64,000 nt of DNA from Candidatus Cloacimonadales bacterium (lineage in GTDB: Bacteria > Cloacimonadota > Cloacimonadia > Cloacimonadales > JAIOQZ01). Positions 20,985-31,437 of the stretch are shown here, piece after piece. Where the stretch lies: assembly GCA_963665815.1 (NCBI GenBank), contig OY762463.1, positions 704,001-768,000 of the forward strand. The letters are read 5' to 3'. A program made the position numbers and the translations under genes. The notes under the pieces are model-generated. The model was not told where the DNA came from and searched no databases. It saw only the letters and a program-made list of their open reading frames with translations. Position 1 is the first letter of the stretch. Every line of letters starts with the position of its first letter.

Positions 20985-21914
20985 TTAGTTGTTAACCTCA
21001 AAATTAACCAGTTGTGAATAACTGAAATTACCTGATGAATCGTAGATGACAGCTAGTACAGTATGATTACCATTAGTTAACTGGACTGTATCAATATCCA
21101 GATTGTATGGTTGAGATGTAATGTCTGTGAAGTTCTCTCCATCAACCAGTATTTCAATTGAATTGACTGCTTCATTATCTGTTGCAGAGATTCTGACTTG
21201 CATATTACCGCTATGTGAAGACCAGTTTGCAGGATGAGTTATATAGCCCACCGGAACTTCAGTATCAGGCAGCTTTACTGAAAAGTTTACAAGTGTAGAT
21301 CGTTTGTAATATCCAGTAGAATCTGTTACAATTGCGTAAAAGTTATGTTCTCCCGGAGTACTGACATCAATAGATGTTGAGTAAGGTTCCGTGTTTATCG
21401 TACTCATAAGATTGCCATCAATATAAAGTTCGACTTTATCTATTTCGATGCTGCTTTCAACATTAACCAGAGCTTCAATCTGATTGGTCTCAAATAATTC
21501 CCAGGAAACAGGTCTTACTACATCGACGATTATTTCAGATTCGATATCTGGATCTGATTCTTGTTCCCAATAGAAATTCACAAGATCAGATACTTCAATA
21601 TTTCCATCACTGTCATATGCTTTACAATGTGTTGTATAAAGTCCATCATTAAAATCAGCTTTATTGAGTTCAATCTCAAAAGGTGGTTGATAGAAAGTAT
21701 CATAGCTTTTTCCACTTAGATAAACAATTACAGAATCAAGATTTGTATCAATAACTTCAAAACTGATAGTTAAGTTTTCATCATAAATATATGCCCAGTT
21801 AGCAGGATGAGTTACTAGTAAAGTAGGTGAAGACTCTACTGGAGAAACTGTATCCTCTACATCACATCCAATGAGAAATAGAACAGCAAGTATCAAGATT
21901 AGAAATTTCTTCAT
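20985..21914 (-). CDS. Lipoprotein with three bacterial Ig-like (Big) domains
   Basis: Lipobox FLIGC; three repeats (THPANW/VRPVSW ... V.L.IDG ... PY ... G.H ... D..GN ... S.LVNF). Confidence 0.8.
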   Translation of the reverse strand: MKKFLILILAVLFLIGCDVEDTVSPVESSPTLLVTHPANWAYIYDENLTISFEVIDTNLDSVIVYLSGKSYDTFYQPPFEIELNKADFNDGLYTTHCKAYDSDGNIEVSDLVNFYWEQESDPDIESEIIVDVVRPVSWELFETNQIEALVNVESSIEIDKVELYIDGNLMSTINTEPYSTSIDVSTPGEHNFYAIVTDSTGYYKRSTLVNFSVKLPDTEVPVGYITHPANWSSHSGNMQVRISATDNEAVNSIEILVDGENFTDITSQPYNLDIDTVQLTNGNHTVLAVIYDSSGNFSYSQLVNFEVNN

Positions 21915-23359
21915 TTTTCCTCCGTTTTTCCAAAACCTTTTCTGGAAAATTTATACCAATTATTTTTTTTCTTTAAAAAATCAATCAATCCGATTAATTG
22001 TGCGTATATTCTGAAAGGTGAATATATAAAATCACCAATAATACTAATAAAAATAAGTTGAAGCCAGTCTGAAACGGACTTGTATCTGAGAGCTTCCTTT
22101 GAATTCAATTTATTCCTGTTGGTCCACTGCTCTATGAAGACTGTAGCCAAGCTTGTTATAACCGCTGAAACAAGAGTAGTAAAAATGATTGCCAGCAGCA
22201 TCCATGACTGATTAAAATACCCCATAAGACCGGCAATTATCAAAAACAGGAATGTAAAAATTTTAACTACAGGTGAAAATAGTTCAAAAAAAAAGTAATA
22301 TGGAAACGCCAATAGACCAATTTCCTTATATTTCGGCTCAAACAACATTGCCTTGTGTATCTTCATTGTCTCGGCCAGTCCTCTGTGCCAGCGATTTCGC
22401 TGACGTCTCAAAAAATCTGCATTGTCCGGAACCTCCGTCCAACAAACAGGATGAGGAAGAAATACAGCTCGAGCTTCTTTATTTATATCGAAAAAGTATC
22501 TCCATAGTCGTACAACAATTTCCATGTCTTCACAAACCGTCTGTTCTCCATATCCACCAATCTTTTTTATATAATCACTTTTGTTTGATTGAGTGAGAAA
22601 TCCACCTACTTCAAGTAAATCTCTTTTTTTATAAACTGAAAATGCTCCGGACATAATCAAAATCATGTTCATTTTGCTCATACTGTAACGTGCGATCATG
22701 AAAGATTTTAAATACTCAATAATCTGCCATTGCACCCAGATATTCCGAGGCAATCTGGAAGACTTAACTTCATTGTTTACAAGTTCAACACCATTGGCCA
22801 CTGCCAGCTGTCCCCCACTGACAAAAACTGATTTATCATTGATAAATGGCTGCACGGTTTGTTTTAGTGCCAGTTTATCGAGTACAGAATCGGCATCAAT
22901 AGTACATATCATACTCTTAGATGAAAAATTTATACCTACATTCACCGAATCAGCCTTTCCTCCATTCTCTTTATCAATCAGTATAAGATTCCTGAATTTC
23001 TTGATATTTCTAATTGGTTTAGCATCTATAGACTCATTACTTGTTATTTCAATATCTTTAAAATCATATTTCTTTTCCAGCACACTGCTTGTGCCATCTT
23101 TAGAACCATCATTCACTACAATTACTTCAAAATCTGGATAATCAAGAGCCAAAAGCATTCTCACGCTCTCAAGTATTGTGACTTCCTCGTTATAAGCAGG
23201 CACAACAATAGATACAGGAAATTCCCTGAAATCATCATTGCAGGAGATTTCAAGGTTCTCTTTCTTTATTGATCTCATGAAAACCAATAAAAATATCCAA
23301 TCTATAATAAAATAACTGACATAATATATGATAAGCAGATTTTCAACTATTCTTAACAT
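21911..23359 (-). CDS. Processive GT2 glycosyltransferase (PgaC/IcaA/NfrB-like polysaccharide synthase)
   Basis: PAYNEE, NDGSKD, NGGKADS, IDADS, QIIEY, SGAF, CEDM, WTEVP, QRNRW (QxxRW); N- and C-terminal TM helices. GGAG RBS before ATG 23359. Confidence 0.88.
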   Translation of the reverse strand: MLRIVENLLIIYYVSYFIIDWIFLLVFMRSIKKENLEISCNDDFREFPVSIVVPAYNEEVTILESVRMLLALDYPDFEVIVVNDGSKDGTSSVLEKKYDFKDIEITSNESIDAKPIRNIKKFRNLILIDKENGGKADSVNVGINFSSKSMICTIDADSVLDKLALKQTVQPFINDKSVFVSGGQLAVANGVELVNNEVKSSRLPRNIWVQWQIIEYLKSFMIARYSMSKMNMILIMSGAFSVYKKRDLLEVGGFLTQSNKSDYIKKIGGYGEQTVCEDMEIVVRLWRYFFDINKEARAVFLPHPVCWTEVPDNADFLRRQRNRWHRGLAETMKIHKAMLFEPKYKEIGLLAFPYYFFFELFSPVVKIFTFLFLIIAGLMGYFNQSWMLLAIIFTTLVSAVITSLATVFIEQWTNRNKLNSKEALRYKSVSDWLQLIFISIIGDFIYSPFRIYAQLIGLIDFLKKKNNWYKFSRKGFGKTEEK

Positions 23360-23763
23360 TAAGACTCCAAATACAGATTCGAGCATGAAATATTCCAATA
23401 AACCGAGATCTTATCAGATAATATGTCAAGTTTCTTACTAATTACTATAACATTCCCTGAGTATCACTTAATTAGTCTTATTAATCCATATATAGATAAC
23501 TTTTACTAATCATCCTGTCATTCACAGCAACAACTTTTAACATTATGAAGTTTTTTACTTGCCTTATCTATATCATTTGTTTTATGATCTTATTTTCTTT
23601 TAAATTCTTATATTACATGTTTTTCTTAAACTTATGATATTGGAAATATATATGTTTGTAAACTTACAAATCATGCATGTCAACCTGAAATCAATTGTGA
23701 TTACTAGTTTTTCAGATTAGTATTCTATTGAATTTCCGATTATTTTGCTTTCAAATTATCTGC

Positions 23764-24519
23764 TTAGTTTTCATTGTTATACATCTCACTGATTGAGTCC
23801 GGTACAATAAACCAATCCTGAGTGTCTTCTTTATATTTACCATCTATCTTTTTTACCTGAAAGTCGTATAGTCCCTTCATCTTGTTGTCTTTAATGAAAG
23901 TCAGATCATCCCAGAACCGTGGATCAGGCAGGCAGTATTGATTTGAAATTACCCTGTAAGTATCGGTTTCCTTTCTAACTTTTCCTGCATACTTTAGCTT
24001 ATCATTGAAAACTTTTACGGAAGATTTTCTTATATGGTAACTGAAATAGTCAAAGAGAAATCTATCCTTTTGAGTATCAAATTTATTAGAGTTTTTATCC
24101 GGAATATAATACTTCAACTCAAACAACTTCCATAATTCATATTTCGTATTTCTCACACCTCTGAGAACAACTGCAGACCATGTTGATTCACTGCTATTAG
24201 CATTCATTTGCTTACAATAGCAAATGAAAGATATCATTTTTAATGAATCGGGACTATAAATAATATCCTGAACTTGATATTGAAGACCCAAATCAAGTGA
24301 ATCGAATACTGTCTTCATATAAGTCTCAACAAGCAAACTATCTCTGTACAGGAATCGTTTTCCGTTTTCCTTCTCTGATATATCAAGATACTTCTGATAA
24401 TTACCAGTTGCCTGTTTTGTCATTGTTTTTCTATAAAGTGTCCTGATACCAAACACAGTAAGACAGAATACAACACATAACGTTACAAGAAATACAATTA
24501 CATACATTGCACTTTTCAT
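23764..24519 (-). CDS. Hypothetical membrane-anchored protein
   Basis: 251-aa ORF with GAGG RBS and N-terminal TM helix; no recognised motif. Confidence 0.6.
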   Translation of the reverse strand: MKSAMYVIVFLVTLCVVFCLTVFGIRTLYRKTMTKQATGNYQKYLDISEKENGKRFLYRDSLLVETYMKTVFDSLDLGLQYQVQDIIYSPDSLKMISFICYCKQMNANSSESTWSAVVLRGVRNTKYELWKLFELKYYIPDKNSNKFDTQKDRFLFDYFSYHIRKSSVKVFNDKLKYAGKVRKETDTYRVISNQYCLPDPRFWDDLTFIKDNKMKGLYDFQVKKIDGKYKEDTQDWFIVPDSISEMYNNEN

Positions 24520-24547
24520 TATTTACCTCAGTACCGGCAAGTTGATA

Positions 24548-27028
24548 TTATTTCTTTTTCTTTGCTCTCTTATGCAGTCTAATCATGGATTTCACAAGGA
24601 ACGATTCATCATTTTCCATTGTGTAGAGAATTTCATCTGTTTCATCGGTTTTGAAAGCTTTTAGTGAAGCAGCGGTAATAAATCTCAGTTTTTCAGAGCT
24701 ATTCGTAGTAAAGCTTTTGAGAATATTAATACTTTCGTTTGTATGAAGTGCTCCAAGAGCACTCAGACAGGTTGCAACATATTGCTTGTTATCTATGAAC
24801 CCTTTTATTCTGCTTACATAAGTTGTATCTTTTTTTGACGCAATAAACCTAATAGTGTTCTTTACTGAAGTTGAATCTTCGAGTTCAAGACCTTTTGGGA
24901 AATACTGATTCATTGCATCACTTTCTTTCAGAAATCTGCCAATTGCACGCAGGACAAGACCGGACTTCGTATTCATTCTGTTGTTAAATATATATTCTGC
25001 AGCTTCTTCGTCTCTCTTAAAAAGGATACTGAGAGCTTTTTCAACACGTTCCTTATTATTTCCTACTCCCCACTCCGAAGCTATACCAAAGATCTCTTTG
25101 ATTGCAGCGGTAGAATCTACTTCCGCAGCCATTTCTTCAGCTTCTTCCTCAATCTTCTTCTGAACTTCTACCATGAGTGTATCAATTCCAAAACCATACA
25201 TGTCTGTTATCCAGCGAGAGTTTTCTCCAACAGCACTTCTGGAGCTGTCTGCAGGTACAGGATATTGGTCTTTACCTCCTGTATCCATGAATATTCCTAT
25301 TCCTCCGGCACTTCTCGCCGTGTTTGCAAATCCGAAATTTTCTCTTTTCTGCATTTGATACTTATCGTCACCTGATCTATCAATGAAAACACCTACTGAG
25401 TTTGTAAGTCCCAATCCGTTACCACCTTCTACAGAGTAAGAGTCATTGCCGGAATGGTCAATCATAAATCCAACACCATAGTCGTGTCCAGCTCCCTGTC
25501 CCGGTCCATGCTTGGAATGATAATGATCTTCTCCTTCACCATCAAACAGGAATCCTGCAGCAAGGTGAATTCCGCTTCCCTGAGGATAGTAAACAGAGTT
25601 ATAAAAATCGTTTCCGGCATCATCAAGAAGCATTCCCAGTGCATACCAGTATGCTCCCGCTTGAGAGTATACTCCCCCCATATATCTATCGTTCCCGGCG
25701 TGGTCGAATAATATACCAACTCCACCACCCATTTTGCCGCGGAAACCAAAACTGAAACCCTGGCCCATACTTCGACTGTCATATGGTGCTAACGGTTTGT
25801 GCATATATTTACCACCTGCAAAATAAATATCACTGCCTTCCAGATCAGCAAGTATACCAACACCGAGTGGTCCTGCATAACCTTCACCGTATTGAGTAGT
25901 GTTATACATATCGTTTCCAGATCTGTCTACATGCACTCCCAATCCGAAAGTTGATGCACCAAGACTGTGATATCCTGTTCTATATGAATCATTTCCACTA
26001 TGGTCTTCAGCATAGAAATAGCCGAAGATTGATGAGAATGACATATCACCAATGTCATAGTAGTCATCCCCTTCAAGATCACTAAATACGCTGAATCCAC
26101 CTATTGCAGAAAGCATGGCTGCCATATCATTATTGCGATAAACATCATCACCTTTGAAGTCAATAATCATACTTAATGGTGATCCGAATGTTGAGCTGAT
26201 ATTACATTCATAAGTATCATTACCTGCAAAATCTACGATTATACAACAATCATCAGTATATACATCATCATTGGTTGAGCCTATCACAATCTTACCGAAA
26301 TGTGTTTTCTTAACGTATGGTTTTTTAAGCTTCATTTCCTCGTTTTTGTATTCTTCTATAACTACTTCTGCAACAGCTTTCAGCCTGTAACCGGCATAAA
26401 GCAGTGCTTCAAAATTAATTTTCTTTATAATTGGTATAATTGTATCTTCTGTTGAAATTCCTTCAATTTGATTTAAATTAAGCTTCCTTAAAATGGCATT
26501 TATTTTGAGACTATCCTCAGCCTCTCCATACATACTAAGTGCATAAGCAGTTAATGTGTCTCTTTCAGCCTCAGTGACATGTTCCCAGGCAATTTTGTGT
26601 ACAACATTTATCTCTGCTCTACAAGCACTTAGATAATCAGGCAGGTGCTTTTTCTTGTTCTTAACTAAATCCTTGAACATTTTTCTGTAGTGATCAGAAA
26701 AATTTAAGTCTTCTCTACTGTTTTCTACAAGAATAGATACAGCAAGATTATTTATGTCATAAGGATTACTTCTTTTAAGTATATTTCTCACGGAATCAGC
26801 AAATTCTGCATAATATAAAGGATCAGACAGAACTTTCAGCACAACGGGTAGCTTGAATTGTGTATCACTACCCCAATCTTTGAGAAAGTTCAAATCATTA
26901 AGATTAAGCTGTCTCCTGCTCAACATATCTTCAATCAGTTTGATTTCCTGATCATTTATGATTTCCGCATAAATATTATTAAATCCCAGCACAATAAACA
27001 TTAATAAAAAAATAGTTATTCTCTTCAT
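24548..27028 (-). CDS. Secreted protein with D-x-x-G-x-D-x-Y repeats and C-terminal HEAT-like repeats
   Basis: Signal peptide from ATG 27028; about 12 Gly/Asp-rich repeats (DFAGNDTY, DFKGDDVY, DLEGDDYY, DHSGNDSY, DRSGNDMY ...); helical C-terminus. Confidence 0.7.
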   Translation of the reverse strand: MKRITIFLLMFIVLGFNNIYAEIINDQEIKLIEDMLSRRQLNLNDLNFLKDWGSDTQFKLPVVLKVLSDPLYYAEFADSVRNILKRSNPYDINNLAVSILVENSREDLNFSDHYRKMFKDLVKNKKKHLPDYLSACRAEINVVHKIAWEHVTEAERDTLTAYALSMYGEAEDSLKINAILRKLNLNQIEGISTEDTIIPIIKKINFEALLYAGYRLKAVAEVVIEEYKNEEMKLKKPYVKKTHFGKIVIGSTNDDVYTDDCCIIVDFAGNDTYECNISSTFGSPLSMIIDFKGDDVYRNNDMAAMLSAIGGFSVFSDLEGDDYYDIGDMSFSSIFGYFYAEDHSGNDSYRTGYHSLGASTFGLGVHVDRSGNDMYNTTQYGEGYAGPLGVGILADLEGSDIYFAGGKYMHKPLAPYDSRSMGQGFSFGFRGKMGGGVGILFDHAGNDRYMGGVYSQAGAYWYALGMLLDDAGNDFYNSVYYPQGSGIHLAAGFLFDGEGEDHYHSKHGPGQGAGHDYGVGFMIDHSGNDSYSVEGGNGLGLTNSVGVFIDRSGDDKYQMQKRENFGFANTARSAGGIGIFMDTGGKDQYPVPADSSRSAVGENSRWITDMYGFGIDTLMVEVQKKIEEEAEEMAAEVDSTAAIKEIFGIASEWGVGNNKERVEKALSILFKRDEEAAEYIFNNRMNTKSGLVLRAIGRFLKESDAMNQYFPKGLELEDSTSVKNTIRFIASKKDTTYVSRIKGFIDNKQYVATCLSALGALHTNESINILKSFTTNSSEKLRFITAASLKAFKTDETDEILYTMENDESFLVKSMIRLHKRAKKKK

Positions 27029-27175
27029 ACATTTTTCCTGTTCTTTTTTTTTGTCGAGAATCTTTAAATCAATTTCTTTTTGCAATCTTTTTTTGTATGA
27101 AATGTCTTTTTTTAGAAATCTGAACAAAATAATTGTCTAAAATTGTCCTTAACTGATATTTGAATCGGAGATAAA

Positions 27176-28351
27176 ATGAAGAAACTAATCATTGAAATAA
27201 CATTATTTATAATTGTCATGACTGCCATATCTGCACTGTTCATCAGCTCAGATTGGGATATTCAACTACAGAAACCATTTTATAACACTTCTGAAGGCTG
27301 GTTTATGAAGGACAGTCAACCATGGAAGTTACTGTACAAAGCCGGTACAATCCCTGGCTTGCTGTTGGCTGTATCAGGGATAGTCCTCCTGATTTTATCT
27401 TTTACAAAGAGCAAATATCTAAAATATCGTAAAATCGGAGCGTTCATTCTTTTAGTTATGATTATTGCTCCAGGGATTATTGTAAATGCAGGTTTCAAGG
27501 ATCATTGGGGAAGGATACGGCCACGTAACATTCAGGAGTTCAACGGAAAATACGAATATATAGAATTATGGGAGAAGGGTATAACCGGAAAAGGTAAATC
27601 ATTCCCATGTGGTCATGCTTCCATGGGATTTTATTTCTTCGTCTTATTTTTTCTTTATAGAAAATCAAACAAAAAAGCGGCAATATTCTGGTTTGTATTT
27701 GCCATGGTTTATGGCACACTTATTGGGATAGCCAGAATGATCGGTGGAGGTCATTTTGCAAGTGATGTCCTCTGGGCGGGAGCTTTTGTTTATATTACCT
27801 GCATTATCCTGTATTACTCTCTTGGAATGTCAAAAGATGTTTATTACGTCTCAGAATCTGCATTCAAAGTCAGAAAAACACCGATAATCATTCTAAGTCT
27901 TATGCTGGGCGGATTAATTGCCTTCTATCTCACCAGTATCCCATACTATAAGGACAGACATTTCTCAGCCGGTAAAAACATTGAAAAGGCAGTATTCAAT
28001 ATAGATAATGGCAACATTGAAATTAATGTTTGTGACTCGCTTGTTGTAAAAAGTCAAATACATGGTTTCGGATTTCCTGAAAGCAGCATTAAGCAGAAGC
28101 TGACAAAAGACAATGGACTGGCAGAATTTTCATCAAAGACAAAAGGGCTTTTCACAGAACTTAACATGACGACTACTCTGGGAATTGACAGACAGACAGA
28201 TTCCATTTTTGTCTATTTGAAATCGGATAAATCAGCTCTTGTAATTGATTCTTTGAAAAACAAAGACTTTACGGAGATTATTCTTAATGGTAACAAAATA
28301 AAAAATGCTGAAGCCCGGGAAGATGTTATGTATATAATTATTGTGAAGTAG
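27176..28351 (+). CDS. PAP2-family membrane phosphatase (lipid A phosphatase-like) with C-terminal periplasmic domain
   Basis: K..WGR.RP, SFPCGHA, AR..GGGHF.SDV motifs; multiple TM helices. Confidence 0.85.
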   Translation: MKKLIIEITLFIIVMTAISALFISSDWDIQLQKPFYNTSEGWFMKDSQPWKLLYKAGTIPGLLLAVSGIVLLILSFTKSKYLKYRKIGAFILLVMIIAPGIIVNAGFKDHWGRIRPRNIQEFNGKYEYIELWEKGITGKGKSFPCGHASMGFYFFVLFFLYRKSNKKAAIFWFVFAMVYGTLIGIARMIGGGHFASDVLWAGAFVYITCIILYYSLGMSKDVYYVSESAFKVRKTPIIILSLMLGGLIAFYLTSIPYYKDRHFSAGKNIEKAVFNIDNGNIEINVCDSLVVKSQIHGFGFPESSIKQKLTKDNGLAEFSSKTKGLFTELNMTTTLGIDRQTDSIFVYLKSDKSALVIDSLKNKDFTEIILNGNKIKNAEAREDVMYIIIVK

Positions 28352-28372
28352 TTAAATTCAAAAATAATTGTA

Positions 28373-31288
28373 CTATTTCACCTTATTGTCCTGACTGTTT
28401 TTCAAGTATTCTTTATTCTTGCGTAAAGGTTCTTTAGACAGGAACTTCATTGAAGAATCAACTTCTCCCCATTTACCAAATATTGAATAACTCGCTATTG
28501 ACACACCATTGCCATCGGTTAGCATTTTTATTATGGGAACTTTATTCATGAAATCACTGAGTTTCTGGAACAGAGAAATCTCACCTGAAAGGTTTATCTC
28601 CTTTTCATTAAGGAAACCATGAGAAGTTATATAGAGCCCGGGATTAACAAGCTGGACATTTGAGAAGTCAATTCTTTTATCTTTCCAGTCATAATTAAAA
28701 GTCAATTTTTCAAATGGAACACCTCCGGTCTTAAATCCTTCTGCAAAACCTTTGAGAGATCCCATACTGATAAATTTCGCAGATGTTGGAGTATCGAGTA
28801 TTACAAAATCCTTAACCTCAACTTTTCCCTTGAGTGCTTTTTTTATGCCGTCAGGCTGTATTGAAACAGAGACTTTCCCTGCTTTAACATTATCATATAA
28901 CTCAAGATCTTTCAGGAGTTCCCCAAGATTATCAAACTCCATTTCATATGTAGAATTATCAGCAGCTTTTTTAACAGTAAACTTATCTGTTTCATTTATG
29001 TATGCATCAATGGAAGCATCAATAATTTTTTTATTTCCGGCTTTGAACTTGAAATTAACTTTACTAAGCAATTTTTCTTTCTTAAAATAAAGCGCATCAG
29101 TATCGACTTTCAGATCCATATTTCTCATACTGGATCCTTCCTCAGAATTGAGGTTCATATTAGCAATAAGTGCAAGATTAAGAGATGTTCCATCATAAAT
29201 CATCTTATTAGAATCTTTGTTCTTTATGTATCTGAATAATCCATTGCAATTCTGAACATTTTTAATCTGAAATGTAACATTCTGTTCAAGATCATTAAAT
29301 CTGGCATTAAGCTGTACAGATGCTTTGCCTGACCTGTATTTAACTCCTTCAAGTGAAAAACCATTATCAAAAAGTTTCATGGAGCCTTTGATAGTGCTGA
29401 TTTCATTTCTATTCTTCAGAATATTCCGCTTTTTATCGGTTATCATCACATCGGTTGCAATTGAATTAATGTCTATTTTCAGTTGATCTTCAAGGAAATT
29501 GTATTTACCTCTTATCTCCTGCTGTCCTCTCAGGAATAAGGGAAGATTAAGGCTTTTACTTGACTGTTCATTCCAGTAAAGAGTAGCATCAAAACTGCTT
29601 GCACCTGTATTTAAGTTAGTTCTCCAGTCACATCTGGAGTTAAGATGATTATAAACAGTAGAGGTTTTCACATAAATTTTGTCTGTCTGAATCCTGATTC
29701 TTGTTTGATCAGTATATACAGAATCCAATCCGAATATATTAGAGTAGCTGTTTTTTGCAGTACCTTTATAATCGACATTCAACTCTGTGAACTCTTTTAT
29801 GTCTTTCAAAGGGAAATGTAATGATAGTTCAGACTCTGCATTCCCCCCTTCCAGTTTAGTCTTGTTCAGAAACTCAGAACTGTTATCAGTAATTGCTCTG
29901 GCAAAAACCATGACATCCTCTGTTGGTCCGATTGCATTACCGCTGATATCAAAGTATTTAACATCGTCTCTGAAATCGCTGAGAAGCAGTTTGCAATTCT
30001 TAAGATGCGAATTAAGCATTTTCCCGTAAGAAAAATCTATAGATAGTCTTTTGGTGTTTACTTTTAGTAAGCCTGAAGCATCTGTTATCTCGGGATAATC
30101 AAGAACATATTCGAACTTGAAATTATTGAAAGGCATTGTTACCTGAAAATCGAAATCAGGTTTCAGATCCTCTTTTTTGGGAATTGAAAACTCTACAAAA
30201 ATTGATCCATTCTGCATTTTCCCGGAATGGATATGAGACTCAATCCAGTTACATGTTACCGGAGCAAATTCAAATGGAGCATACTTGGAAAAGACTTCTT
30301 TATTAAAGGCTGAAACCCAGAGTTTTGTCATAAATTCAATTTTTTCAGGCGATTCAGTAGCGTATACAGATCCGTGGAAATTAAGGTCTTTATTTCTTAT
30401 TTTAACATCTTCTATTGAGATAACCTGCTCGCGCTTTATTTCAATCCCCTTAAAATCAATCTGATCTATGTAATAAGGATCTTTTTTTACATTAGATGCA
30501 AAAACTTCAATGTTCTTAACTGTTGCAGAACTTTTTGAAAAATTCATAAGGTTATTCTGATCTACTTCAGCAAGAACGTTAAGAAGAATTTCTCCTTTAA
30601 TATCAGGAAGTTTCACACCTTTAACATAAGCATAGGCATCCTGAACACTGAATTTACTAAGAAAGCCATCCAGAGTAAACAAATCAGGATTCTTCTTCCT
30701 CTCGAGGTTTACATAGAAGTTTGACCTTTTATCCTGTGATGTGATAAAATCACCTGAAAGCTTATAAGGACCATTAAAAATCCTTCTTGCATGTACTTTC
30801 TCCACGAGAAGAGATGTATATTCATACTCAAGTTTTAGAGAACTAATCTTCAGAATAATGTTAAGATTATCAATCTTCTTCAAAATCCTGTATATTGGAA
30901 ATTCATTCTTTTTCTTCTCATCATCAATTGTTCCGGACATAAACCGGATTGTACATTCACTGATATCAGCCGAAAAAATTCTATATCTGTTTCTTAATAA
31001 TTGCCAGGCAGATAACGTAACATCAACATTGCTCATACTGAAGTTTATTTTGCCATTCAAAACTGCGTTTTCAATATGTATAACAGGTATGAAAAGCCTT
31101 TTCCATCTCAGTTCAAGATCTGAAATGGTTACATCTGAACCGGTGATTATATTTTTTACACTTGATTCCAAGTATGGTTTCAGGAAATTTATATCTTTCT
31201 TTCCAATTCTAAGCCAGGCATAGCTTGATATAATTAACATAGTGACTGACAAAAGAATTATGGTTACTATCTTAGGTATCTTCTTCAT
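28373..31288 (-). CDS. AsmA-like/YhdP (DUF3971) bridge-type lipid transport protein
   Basis: N-terminal TM, long beta-rich body, W....I.SG motif, AsmA_2-like C-terminus (GVPFEKL, L.G.I, VPIIK.L..G.G....YSI.G). Confidence 0.7.
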   Translation of the reverse strand: MKKIPKIVTIILLSVTMLIISSYAWLRIGKKDINFLKPYLESSVKNIITGSDVTISDLELRWKRLFIPVIHIENAVLNGKINFSMSNVDVTLSAWQLLRNRYRIFSADISECTIRFMSGTIDDEKKKNEFPIYRILKKIDNLNIILKISSLKLEYEYTSLLVEKVHARRIFNGPYKLSGDFITSQDKRSNFYVNLERKKNPDLFTLDGFLSKFSVQDAYAYVKGVKLPDIKGEILLNVLAEVDQNNLMNFSKSSATVKNIEVFASNVKKDPYYIDQIDFKGIEIKREQVISIEDVKIRNKDLNFHGSVYATESPEKIEFMTKLWVSAFNKEVFSKYAPFEFAPVTCNWIESHIHSGKMQNGSIFVEFSIPKKEDLKPDFDFQVTMPFNNFKFEYVLDYPEITDASGLLKVNTKRLSIDFSYGKMLNSHLKNCKLLLSDFRDDVKYFDISGNAIGPTEDVMVFARAITDNSSEFLNKTKLEGGNAESELSLHFPLKDIKEFTELNVDYKGTAKNSYSNIFGLDSVYTDQTRIRIQTDKIYVKTSTVYNHLNSRCDWRTNLNTGASSFDATLYWNEQSSKSLNLPLFLRGQQEIRGKYNFLEDQLKIDINSIATDVMITDKKRNILKNRNEISTIKGSMKLFDNGFSLEGVKYRSGKASVQLNARFNDLEQNVTFQIKNVQNCNGLFRYIKNKDSNKMIYDGTSLNLALIANMNLNSEEGSSMRNMDLKVDTDALYFKKEKLLSKVNFKFKAGNKKIIDASIDAYINETDKFTVKKAADNSTYEMEFDNLGELLKDLELYDNVKAGKVSVSIQPDGIKKALKGKVEVKDFVILDTPTSAKFISMGSLKGFAEGFKTGGVPFEKLTFNYDWKDKRIDFSNVQLVNPGLYITSHGFLNEKEINLSGEISLFQKLSDFMNKVPIIKMLTDGNGVSIASYSIFGKWGEVDSSMKFLSKEPLRKNKEYLKNSQDNKVK

Positions 31289-31437
31289 ATTACATCTTCT
31301 CTGATGTATGAATTTCAAGTGCAAAAAAATAGTCAATACAAATCTGATTTTTTATACTCCTGTCAAAAATATATTGACGATTAATATTAAACAGACTTTT
31401 TTAAATTGATTAAACTGGCAGTATTATCGGAGTCAAA

